DNA of 64,000 bases from Bacteroidia bacterium. Lineage in GTDB: Bacteria; Bacteroidota; Bacteroidia; M30B66. The stretch lies in assembly GCA_965279035.1 (NCBI GenBank), contig OZ257142.1:2944001-3008000 (forward strand). The letters run 5' to 3'. A program made the position numbers and the translations under genes. The notes under the pieces were generated by a model, which saw only the letters and a program-made list of their open reading frames with translations, searched no databases and was not told the origin of the DNA. Positions 20,890 through 29,578 of the stretch are shown piece after piece; position 1 is the first letter of the stretch, and every line of letters starts with the position of its first letter.

Positions 20890-20918
20890 AAGATAATGAT
20901 TTTAAAATGGTTACCGTT

Positions 20919-21042
20919 AACGTTCCGCACACACCTGAAGAGCCAAATGAGATGAACGGAATGATTTAGATTAGACGAATATAACAAGAAAAACGGATGC
21001 CTCAAACTCCAGAAATGCATGGCTTTGCTGGTATGTGCTGTT
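20919..21042 (-). repeat. attC-like cassette repeat R6
   Basis: AACGTTCCGCACACACCTGAAGAGCC...GGTATGTGCTGTT, 124 bp. Confidence 0.9.
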
Positions 21043-21105
21043 ATTCTGTGGAGCGCTTAATCGAAAAGATAATCGAACTTTACTACAAACTAATTAAAAA
21101 GAAAC

Positions 21106-22551
21106 CTAATCAGTATTCCAAAGCCATTCAGGATGATCTTTAGTCATTTCTCTAAGTTCATCTCGCCCAAACTCTTCTGCAGATTTCCAATAATTATTTA
21201 GATTATTATTTTTTTCTCTTAACTTTTCTTGATCAATTTCTTTGCACACGCGATCTCTATATTCAAGATATTTATTACCATATTTAATAAAAAGTGAACT
21301 TTGGCTAGATATTATATCCATAGTCATTTGAGAAATATCAAAATCGAAATTATTATCATTAATTGTCAAATCCCATAGTCTGTTTCCAAGCATACGATGA
21401 ATATTGCATTCATCTTCATAAAACAAATCAGATGTTACAGTATTATCAATTAATCTCATCTGATATTTTAAAAACTTCAGAAGGAAAATTGGATGCAATT
21501 GGCCAATTGAGTATAATTCACAAAAATTAGCAGTAAAAGGTGTTACTGGACTAAAACCTCGAATAAAATGAATAAATTCAAATTCTTGATAAATACTAAA
21601 TAATTGGTCATCAATTATATCATTTCCAAAAATATTTTTACAACCATATTTTTGCGGATTATCGTTTGTCAAATAATAATAATTACCATTCAATAAAGAA
21701 GTTAAGCCAGATAATGTATTTTCTAAAAGTGGTTTGTTATTCTGATCAATAAAATTCCACCTCAATTCATATCTATAATATTTAGTAGCATTTGAAGTAT
21801 TTCTTCTATAATTACTTATTGCAACAGCTGCATAACCTTCTGAAAAAGATCTGGCGTCATCATAAATTGCAGGAATTACAAATTGTCCGGTCTTATTAAT
21901 AAATCCAAATAACCCATTAATTTTCACTTTAGCTAATCCATTTATATGTGAACAAGCATATTCAAATTGCTGATTTATGACAAAATCTTGTAACTTATTA
22001 TTTTTGAAACTCTCTTCTGAAATATATCCCCATAATTTATTAAAGTGTTTTACTCCAACTAATTGATCTATTGGTAATGTAATATCTTCAACAAATGAAA
22101 ATGAATATTCTTCGTTCGTTAAATTTAAAATGAGAATACCTGATGAAATATCTTTGTAGGATTCAAAATAGGTACTGTATTTCTTAAAATCATTACTTAA
22201 TAAATTGAACAACATATTAGGATTCACTGAAACAATTATCATTTCATTGAAAAAGTAATTTTTCAGAAAAAACTTATTTTGAGGAACTATAGTTTTGAAA
22301 ATTGTCTTAAAAAAACTCCATTCTTTTTGATTATCTTCTCTAAAAATGGATGATCGACCTTCTCTATCGATGATATTCCAACCTTCTGAAGTATATACAA
22401 ATGCATGTTCAAAATTCAGAGGCTTCGCATATCTATAATATCCTATATCATCGTCCTCAATTTTATAAAAATATGGCTCATCTTCATTATGTTTAGTATG
22501 AGTCAATATTGGACCAATCAATTTACTTTGAGTTTCATTCATAAAAATCAA
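21106..22551 (-). CDS. WG repeat-containing protein (cassette gene)
   Basis: LWGYI, GLAKVKINGLFGFINKTGQFVIP, FSEGYAAV, WNFID. Confidence 0.8.
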   Translation of the reverse strand: MIFMNETQSKLIGPILTHTKHNEDEPYFYKIEDDDIGYYRYAKPLNFEHAFVYTSEGWNIIDREGRSSIFREDNQKEWSFFKTIFKTIVPQNKFFLKNYFFNEMIIVSVNPNMLFNLLSNDFKKYSTYFESYKDISSGILILNLTNEEYSFSFVEDITLPIDQLVGVKHFNKLWGYISEESFKNNKLQDFVINQQFEYACSHINGLAKVKINGLFGFINKTGQFVIPAIYDDARSFSEGYAAVAISNYRRNTSNATKYYRYELRWNFIDQNNKPLLENTLSGLTSLLNGNYYYLTNDNPQKYGCKNIFGNDIIDDQLFSIYQEFEFIHFIRGFSPVTPFTANFCELYSIGQLHPIFLLKFLKYQMRLIDNTVTSDLFYEDECNIHRMLGNRLWDLTINDNNFDFDISQMTMDIISSQSSLFIKYGNKYLEYRDRVCKEIDQEKLREKNNNLNNYWKSAEEFGRDELREMTKDHPEWLWNTD

Positions 22552-22790
22552 TACAGTATTGATAGTTTAAAGTGAATTATCATATAATCGTGACGCATCG
22601 AGCATAACTCTCAAATAAAAGAAGTGATATTTCGCTAAATTAAGATAATCGAGGATAAACGCGAAATTGATAAAATTGAAATTACTGCATCAAGACAATC
22701 TCATCAAGTCCGCTTCAAGAAGAACAAAATTAGCAATGTTAATATGGATAATCAGTTCACCAAGTAATCGAGTGGTTAATTAAATTGAAA

Positions 22791-23111
22791 TCACCCATCA
22801 AAAATTAACCTTCCCTTTCCCCTCCTCTTTCTCTTCTGCTCTTCGCTATAATACCAAATTAGAAAAGCTGTCGTACCTAGAACGATTATTCCTCCAATTA
22901 TCCAATATCCCCATTTTATCTTGTTATCAGAACCAACAACCTCAACAGACTTATTTGTTGAAAATTCCATGTGTTTAGCTCCAGAAACATTGGGGGTATT
23001 TCCAAAGGAATTTGGAGCAGAAGTGCTCACTTTAAAGTCTGCAATCTTGGTTGCACCTCCAGTTGGGGCATAAAAATCAAAAATATTCGCAGGTTTCATT
23101 TTCATCATCAT
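22791..23111 (-). CDS. Hypothetical island protein with C-terminal transmembrane helix
   Basis: WGYWIIGGIIVLGTTAFLIWYY followed by basic tail; overlaps the upstream stop. Confidence 0.6.
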   Translation of the reverse strand: MMMKMKPANIFDFYAPTGGATKIADFKVSTSAPNSFGNTPNVSGAKHMEFSTNKSVEVVGSDNKIKWGYWIIGGIIVLGTTAFLIWYYSEEQKRKRRGKGRLIFDG

Positions 23112-23485
23112 TCATCGTGTTTGAATTCTATGAGCTTGACTTCAGTCTTTGATTGCAGCAGTATACCAATGTTACCATACCTAAACATTATAGTTCCTTT
23201 CTCATTAATCGTATACATGTAACCTGCTATAAAATCGAATCCCAGTTTAAGTAATTCTTCTTCCTTAATTCTCACCATTTTCCTATTCCATAAATATTCT
23301 AGGATTTGAATGTTCTTGTTTCTTGCCTTGAGCATTTTGACTTCCCACGCATAATTAGCCATCCGATAATTATACGCTGCTTGATTTTTACAATGCGGAC
23401 AACAGAATCGTTTCTTGGGGTTCTTTCCATCGAACGGTTTACCGCACACTTCATTTGCACACTTTTTTGAAATCATTGCTGCCAT
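23108..23485 (-). CDS. Hypothetical island protein with N-terminal zinc ribbon
   Basis: CANEVC...KRFCCPHCK. Confidence 0.65.
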   Translation of the reverse strand: MAAMISKKCANEVCGKPFDGKNPKKRFCCPHCKNQAAYNYRMANYAWEVKMLKARNKNIQILEYLWNRKMVRIKEEELLKLGFDFIAGYMYTINEKGTIMFRYGNIGILLQSKTEVKLIEFKHDE

Positions 23486-23486
23486 G

Positions 23487-23774
23487 TTAGAATTGGATTT
23501 TATTCTTAATCAGAAACTCATTGATGCTATTGCGTGAGTACAATATTTTTCTTCCGAATTGGGTGAACTTGATCTCACCATTGTCCCGAATCTTCTGCCA
23601 TGAGGTTTTGGACTTGAACGGAAGCAATTTCTTAGCCTCTGAAAGTGGAATCCAGTCACTCTGATAGCTTTGGGCCTTTTCAATTAGCAATTCTGCCACT
23701 GCCTCTTTCACATAACCTTTAATCTCTCGTTTCAGAGCTTCAAATACTGCTGAATCGAATGTGATTAATTCCAT
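23487..23774 (-). CDS. Excisionase-like HTH DNA-binding protein
   Basis: DWIPLSEAKKLL...WQKIRDNGEIKFTQFGRKILY, typical Bacteroidota HTH_17 protein next to an att site. Confidence 0.85.
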   Translation of the reverse strand: MELITFDSAVFEALKREIKGYVKEAVAELLIEKAQSYQSDWIPLSEAKKLLPFKSKTSWQKIRDNGEIKFTQFGRKILYSRNSINEFLIKNKIQF

Positions 23775-24396
23775 TGTCCTGTTTAAAATTTCGAATTAGA
23801 TCGAGCGTTTGGTTTGTATACCTAAACTGCGTTCGAACGATTTCGAATGCAACATTAGATAATAAATAAATCTTATTAAAAAATTTAAGCGTTACAAAAT
23901 GCCTAAAAAAAATACGAAATCCGCTATCAGTAAGGCTTGTGGTGTACACTTTGTGTATACTTTAAAGTTTAAAACCAAATTTATTCTTTCGATTTATGGT
24001 CGATTTCCAACTATTTGCCTAGAATTTTGGAATCTGTCCTTTAGAGGCAATATGAGAATTAGGTATTAGGATGCGTCAGCGATTTTGATCAATACTCGAG
24101 CAAATCACCTCAAAAACGGCAGAGACTATATATAGCCCATCCCTCTTAAAAGGTCTTTACATATATATGTCATCGCTCAAAGCGAAAACATTCCTTCTAC
24201 CAAAAAAAATTCATTGAGCTGAAAAATTTCTTCAAAAAAAATGATTCGATGGAGTTCAAAACGGCAGATTTTGGGTTCAATCTTCCCAAAAATACCTTAC
24301 GCGCTCAACACCCCTTGGTGCCTATAGGTCCAATTTGTTGTACCATTGTTGTACCTCCGCTCCAAACTCAAAAAATCGGACGGCCCTAAAAAAGAA

Positions 24397-24421
24397 AAAC
24401 CCCTTGATTATCAAGGGGTTT
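24397..24421 (-). terminator. Hairpin downstream of tRNA-Met (island-supplied terminator or att arm)
   Basis: AAACCCCTTGATTATCAAGGGGTTT near-perfect palindrome with T tract on minus strand. Confidence 0.65.
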
Positions 24422-24426
24422 CGTAG

Positions 24427-24500
24427 TAGCGGGGACGGGAGTTGAACCCGTGACCTCAGGGTTATGAATCCTGCGCTCTAACCATCTGAGCTACCCCGCC
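24427..24500 (-). tRNA. tRNA-Met (CAT), probably elongator
   Basis: GGCGGGGTAGCTCAGATGGTTAGAGCGCAGGATTCATAACCCTGAGGTCACGGGTTCAACTCCCGTCCCCGCTA cloverleaf; TATATTTG -7 box at 24512-24519. Confidence 0.95.
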
Positions 24501-24559
24501 ATTTGGGGCTGCAAATATACACGAATTGACAATTTTGCAAAGCCTCTGCAAATTTTTCT

Positions 24560-24760
24560 CTAACCGGAGCAGGTTTCACACTCGTCTTCGCCGCTGGACG
24601 CGAGTTTCAAGTTAATTAATGCTACCTGTTCGTTGGTTAATGTGCTTAAACTGGTGTCGCCCGGAATGGCATCAAGCACCTTTAACATCTGATTAAAACG
24701 AATCTGACGTGCTTCAAGCATCGCCTTCAATTGATCTTCTAAAGTGGATGGCGTGTTCAT
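24560..24760 (-). CDS. Small hypothetical protein ending in CETCSG
   Basis: 66-aa ORF filling the gap; C-terminal CxxC. Confidence 0.55.
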   Translation of the reverse strand: MNTPSTLEDQLKAMLEARQIRFNQMLKVLDAIPGDTSLSTLTNEQVALINLKLASSGEDECETCSG

Positions 24761-24894
24761 GTGTGTTTGGTCTTTTCACAAAAATCTAAAAGCACATGAA
24801 GTTCGAAACACACATTTTGGTTAGGATGCCAACCGACTTATTCACTTTTTGTTGATTCGCTCCTCGATTCCTTGTCGTTCAATCAATTAGAAAA

Positions 24895-25794
24895 TCACTG
24901 TGAAATCACCACCTTACCAGTCTCCATTTTCCCGTCAACCCAAGCACGATAGATATAAACACCAGACACAAGTGAACTCGCTGGTAACTCCACTTTACCA
25001 TCGTTGGCTTTAATAATATGCGTTCGCAATCCGGCAGTAGAATAGAGTTCAACCCAGTGTAAATTTTTCGCTTGAAAAGAGAGATTATTCATTCCATATT
25101 GAAACGAGAAGTCGCTCAAGTCTTTGGATTCTTCGATTCCAGTTATGGAGCAATTCCCTTGATAAAGCGTATCACCATTTAGTACAAAACTGGTTAAACC
25201 ATAGCCGCATTCTGGACAACCATTCCTACAAATAGGAGAACGAAAACCGGAACTTGGCCCCACACCTTCAATGAAATAATAAGCTAATGGGTAATTCGAC
25301 ATGCTAATCATCCAACGCTTTCGTCCAATTGAGCCAATACACACTGTATCATGATTCAATAGTGAAACTCCTCCAGAAAGTCCACAACTAGGAAACGGTG
25401 TTGCATTTTCTATGGCTGTACTATCTATTAAGTCGAAATTGTAGAGCAGGTATTCTTGCTCAGCACTTCGTTGAATAAATTGCTTATTGTATTCCCGAAT
25501 TAAAATGGATAATTCATCAGTCAAATTGGTATCTGTTACTTGTTCACCATTACCCATGTTATCATAAACTGTATGTGTATAATAACAAAGGCTTTGTAAG
25601 TTAATTTTAAAGTAATTGGTATCATTAATCACCGAATCTCCAGCGATGTAATAAACATCATTACAAGAAGTATGTGCATCAAAGCCCGACCAAGTATAGA
25701 CTTGATTCCAGCGCGCCGTTTCATTTAAGTAGGATTGAGCCTTAACAGAAGCGAACGAAAGGCAAATAAACAAAATGAGCAGTTTGTGTTTCAT
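24895..25794 (-). CDS. Secreted protein with T9SS C-terminal domain
   Basis: Signal peptide; FIEGVG; SGVYIYR...KVVI CTD. Confidence 0.75.
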   Translation of the reverse strand: MKHKLLILFICLSFASVKAQSYLNETARWNQVYTWSGFDAHTSCNDVYYIAGDSVINDTNYFKINLQSLCYYTHTVYDNMGNGEQVTDTNLTDELSILIREYNKQFIQRSAEQEYLLYNFDLIDSTAIENATPFPSCGLSGGVSLLNHDTVCIGSIGRKRWMISMSNYPLAYYFIEGVGPSSGFRSPICRNGCPECGYGLTSFVLNGDTLYQGNCSITGIEESKDLSDFSFQYGMNNLSFQAKNLHWVELYSTAGLRTHIIKANDGKVELPASSLVSGVYIYRAWVDGKMETGKVVISQ

Positions 25795-25830
25795 TTCACC
25801 AAACTACTCATCTAAAACAAATTATCCAAA

Positions 25831-26226
25831 TTAAGCACTTAACTTTTGAACAGAAATTGGTTTATGGTAACGCACAAAAAAATGAATCCAAATTATACGG
25901 GCTGTTCGATAAAAAATAGGAATCAATACAATTAACACGACAATAAAACTCACAAAATACTGAGTAACTGTAGCAGAAAATCCAACACACATCAATAAGT
26001 ATAACAACACTCCCAATCCTACTGTCAACGCATAACTCACATACATCGCCCCGAAGTAATATCCGGGTTCACGGCGAAAATCTTCATTACACACCTCACA
26101 ACGTTGGTTCATTTCCATGAAATGCTCCAGTTTATAAGGATTAGAATACGTAAAGAAATTGCCCTCGTGGCAATGCGGACACTTATTCGAAGCGATGCTG
26201 TAAAGTTTGCTGTCTTTAATCGACAT
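25831..26226 (-). CDS. DUF983 family membrane protein
   Basis: KCPHCHEG, CEVC, EPGYYFGAMYVSYA. Confidence 0.85.
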   Translation of the reverse strand: MSIKDSKLYSIASNKCPHCHEGNFFTYSNPYKLEHFMEMNQRCEVCNEDFRREPGYYFGAMYVSYALTVGLGVLLYLLMCVGFSATVTQYFVSFIVVLIVLIPIFYRTARIIWIHFFVRYHKPISVQKLSA

Positions 26227-26305
26227 ATTGTTCAGGTTGGTGATACAAATGTCGATCGACTAAAGCTTTCGACTATGGTACAATTTCACCGAATGATGGT
26301 ACATC

Positions 26306-27184
26306 TCAAAGGTTCTTGCGAAATGCTTCGGGTGTTAAACCGCAATGCTTTTTGAAGAAGCGACTGAAATACGAATTATCGCTAAAGTTGAGTTGCCAGG
26401 CAATTTCACTTACTGTTTTATTGGAGTAAGCCAATAACCTGCGCGCCTCTGCTATCAAGCGTTCCTGGAGTAATTCGGTTACAGTTTTATTGAGTTGTTG
26501 CCGAGTACTCGTATTCAGTTGTGATACCGAAACATGCAATTGTTCCGCATAAAAAGTGACAGGCTGATGTTCCGCATAATGCTTTTCGATCAAATGTTCC
26601 AAAGCTGGAATGATCGAAACAGCATGCGTTAATTGCTTCCGTTGAGGAGCAATCAATGCCGACAATTGAAATAATATCACATCCAAATAAGCACGTAAAA
26701 TACGTTCACGATAAGTGCTTTCCTTTAGATACGCCTGCATCATCAAACAAAATACATCAGACAATTCTTTACGCCCATTTACAGGCACTTCCGCATATCT
26801 CAACTTTCCTCCAGCTTGGTAAAATGGTAGTTCCGACAAATGCTGTGGATTAGCTTCCATGCGGTAAAACGATGCATTAAAAAACACCACATATCCGTCC
26901 GAATTATCACTTAAATTCCATTCATGAACTTCAGATGGAGACATGAAAAATACAGATCCCGCATTGACTGGATACGTTTCCAATTCTATCGTATGACTCC
27001 CCTGCCCTTTCGTGAAAAACATCAAGAGATAAAAATCATGTCCATGAGGCTTCATCACAAATGGATGCTCCTGTTTATGCTCTTGAAACGTTCGAATGTA
27101 CACGTCCGGTTTTAATGCTGCCGGGTGTGCAAATTGACTTATTTGAAAGACCGATGGACCTTGTTTCGACATAAAACGTGGCAA
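26306..27184 (-). CDS. AraC family transcriptional regulator
   Basis: PHGHDFY cupin; IAWQLNFSDNSYFSRFFKK. Confidence 0.93.
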   Translation of the reverse strand: MPRFMSKQGPSVFQISQFAHPAALKPDVYIRTFQEHKQEHPFVMKPHGHDFYLLMFFTKGQGSHTIELETYPVNAGSVFFMSPSEVHEWNLSDNSDGYVVFFNASFYRMEANPQHLSELPFYQAGGKLRYAEVPVNGRKELSDVFCLMMQAYLKESTYRERILRAYLDVILFQLSALIAPQRKQLTHAVSIIPALEHLIEKHYAEHQPVTFYAEQLHVSVSQLNTSTRQQLNKTVTELLQERLIAEARRLLAYSNKTVSEIAWQLNFSDNSYFSRFFKKHCGLTPEAFRKNL

Positions 27185-27245
27185 ACCTAAGGAATACCAA
27201 GCAGATTAACGCTTCATTCATTGACACATTTCCCTAAATTGCACC

Positions 27246-27902
27246 ATGCGTTTATTGCTAAATCGTACTGTTTCGTTTTGGATTGTCCTCGGCTTGGGAT
27301 TGCTGATTTTATTGGGGATTCTGCTATTTCAGGACAAAGCATCTGGCTTTTTAGCTTTGCAAATTCCGCATTCGTCAACTCTCAATTTAGTAGTTGGAAT
27401 TTTAACTTTTCCAGGTGATGGCCTTTTTGCCGTTGGAATGGTTTTGCTCTTATTGATTTTCAATACGTATCGTAATGCCCTAACTCTATTGGTCGCCTAT
27501 CTCAGTGGTGGTATTTTGGTTCAAGTGTGCAAAATGCTCATCTTCCATCCCACTCCTCGACCTGTAAAATGGTTTGAGTTGAATCACTATCCATTTGAAC
27601 TACCTGCTGGTTTGAATCCGCATGAATGGCACAGCTTTCCATCGGGACATTCGGCATCGGCAGCGACATTGTTTCTATTTATTGCTACGCTCACGAACAG
27701 TAAACCAGTACATGCTCTTTGTGGAATTATGGCACTTGTTACTGGCTATTCACGAATTTATCTTTACATGCACTTTCCTGAGGATGTTTTTGTAGGACTC
27801 ATCCTCGGCGCATTAGCCCTAGTTTTTACACGTATGTGGATGGATAATCGCTTTCGAGTAAAGCAACCTGCTTGGGCAAATAAAAACCTTCTCAAACGAT
27901 GA
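27246..27902 (+). CDS. PAP2 family phosphatase
   Basis: K...PRP, SFPSGH, SRIYLYMHFPEDV. Confidence 0.9.
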   Translation: MRLLLNRTVSFWIVLGLGLLILLGILLFQDKASGFLALQIPHSSTLNLVVGILTFPGDGLFAVGMVLLLLIFNTYRNALTLLVAYLSGGILVQVCKMLIFHPTPRPVKWFELNHYPFELPAGLNPHEWHSFPSGHSASAATLFLFIATLTNSKPVHALCGIMALVTGYSRIYLYMHFPEDVFVGLILGALALVFTRMWMDNRFRVKQPAWANKNLLKR

Positions 27903-29575
27903 ATCTACAAGCTTCACATTATCGGATTATTCTATTTCTGATTGGAGCGGCATTGTTTCTTCCTTTCTTGGGTGCGGCTCCACTTTTCGATTGGGATGAA
28001 ATCAACTTTGCAGAATCGGCTCGAGAGATGTTGGTTACTGGAAACTATTCACGTGTTCAAATCAATTTTCAACCATTCTGGGAAAAACCACCGCTCTTCT
28101 TTTGGATGCAAGTGCTCAGTATGAAAGTTTTTGGCATCAACGAATATGCTGCCCGCTTTCCGAATGCTGTTTTTGGAATTCTTACCATACTCACCTTATT
28201 CGAAATGGGACGCAACCTGCGTAGCGAACGTTTCGGATTTCTCTGGGCGCTTTGTATGGCAGGCAGTTTCTTGCCACTCGTGTATTTCAAATCGGGAATC
28301 ATTGACCCAGTTTTCAATTATTTCATCTTTACCTCCATCTGGTTTATTTCCCGCGCTGTTCGACATTATGGAACTAAAACCGCTACCCGACAATCGCTTT
28401 ATGCAGGATTGTGTATTGGTTTAGCCATTCTCACCAAAGGTCCGGTTGGACTCGTTCTCGCCTGTTTAACCTTTGGAATTTTCTGGGCATTTAAACGCTT
28501 CAAACCAGTTGTATCATTTAAGAATTTATTGCTATTTACGTTTAGTGCTTTGTTTGTGACATTGGCTTGGTTCGGTCCCGAAACCTACCAACACGGCACT
28601 TGGTTTTTCAACGAATTTATCACCTATCAAATCCGTCTCTTTTCCACTCCAGATGCAGGACACGCTCAACCAATCTATTACCATTTTGTAGTGGTTTTAT
28701 TAGGCTGTTTTCCGATGTCGGCTTTGGCTTTGAAAGGATTATTTCGTCGTCCACAATTTCGGGTTGATGATCCCGACTTTTTACTTTGGATGAAAATTCT
28801 ACTTTGGGTTGTATTGATATTATTTTCCATAGTTACGACCAAAATTGTGCATTATTCTTCGATGGCTTATCTGCCTCTTAGTGCCATAGCAGCTATGAGT
28901 ATGGAGGAATATTTACGTGGCCGACAAGCTTGGAAATTCTGGCAAGTGATAGGCGTGTTTTTTATTGGATTTCCTATTGGTTTGGTGATGTTGGCGATTC
29001 CATATGTTGGACTCAACATTCAGCAATTAGTTCCTTTAATGAAAGATCCATTTGCAGTGCAAAATCTTCAGGCTGTAGTTCATTGGTCGATGCTTGATTT
29101 GCTACCCGGATTGATTTGGATTATCGGCACATTGGCTGGCGCATATTGGCTATGGAAGGGAACCAATCGAAGTGCTTTGGTGGCTTTCTTTACCGTAACG
29201 GTGCTATCAACTGCCGTTTTCTTGATGACGTTTCCTAAACGTATTGCAGGCTATACACAACAAGCTGCGGTTGATTTTTACCAAGGTTTACAAGGGAAAG
29301 ATGTGTATGTAGAAACCTTGCATTTTAAAAGTTTCGCCCAATATTTTTACACACGAAAACAAGGCTTTTCAGCACTCGAAGCCACTAATTGCAAAGACAG
29401 ATCTGGGTACTATAATATCGATGTTTTGCGTGATTGGTATTTACATGGCAATATCGATAAACCCGTTTATTTTGTAGTAAAATCGGTCCATGCACATGAA
29501 TACCTTAACATGCCGGGCATAGAAAAAGTGGGAGAAAAAAACGGCTTTGTTTTCCTTCTTCGTAAACCTAATTAA
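27899..29575 (+). CDS. ArnT-like GT-C glycosyltransferase
   Basis: DWDEINFAESAREM, EKPPLFFW, LTKGPVG; many TM helices. Confidence 0.9.
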   Translation: MNLQASHYRIILFLIGAALFLPFLGAAPLFDWDEINFAESAREMLVTGNYSRVQINFQPFWEKPPLFFWMQVLSMKVFGINEYAARFPNAVFGILTILTLFEMGRNLRSERFGFLWALCMAGSFLPLVYFKSGIIDPVFNYFIFTSIWFISRAVRHYGTKTATRQSLYAGLCIGLAILTKGPVGLVLACLTFGIFWAFKRFKPVVSFKNLLLFTFSALFVTLAWFGPETYQHGTWFFNEFITYQIRLFSTPDAGHAQPIYYHFVVVLLGCFPMSALALKGLFRRPQFRVDDPDFLLWMKILLWVVLILFSIVTTKIVHYSSMAYLPLSAIAAMSMEEYLRGRQAWKFWQVIGVFFIGFPIGLVMLAIPYVGLNIQQLVPLMKDPFAVQNLQAVVHWSMLDLLPGLIWIIGTLAGAYWLWKGTNRSALVAFFTVTVLSTAVFLMTFPKRIAGYTQQAAVDFYQGLQGKDVYVETLHFKSFAQYFYTRKQGFSALEATNCKDRSGYYNIDVLRDWYLHGNIDKPVYFVVKSVHAHEYLNMPGIEKVGEKNGFVFLLRKPN

Positions 29576-29578
29576 AGC

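Larger units (their letters stand above)
6588..24472. mobile_element. Genomic island integrated at tRNA-Met; no integrase gene present
   Basis: 49-bp direct repeats, excisionase-like HTH gene near the tRNA, visibly AT-richer cargo, four IS elements. Confidence 0.9.

Noticed and set aside
12858-21042. CRISPR array interpretation of the recurring repeats
   Set aside because: Repeats are ~124 bp and separated by whole genes of variable length; no cas genes.
6588-24472. Prophage or conjugative element
   Set aside because: No structural, replication, relaxase or T4SS genes are visible.
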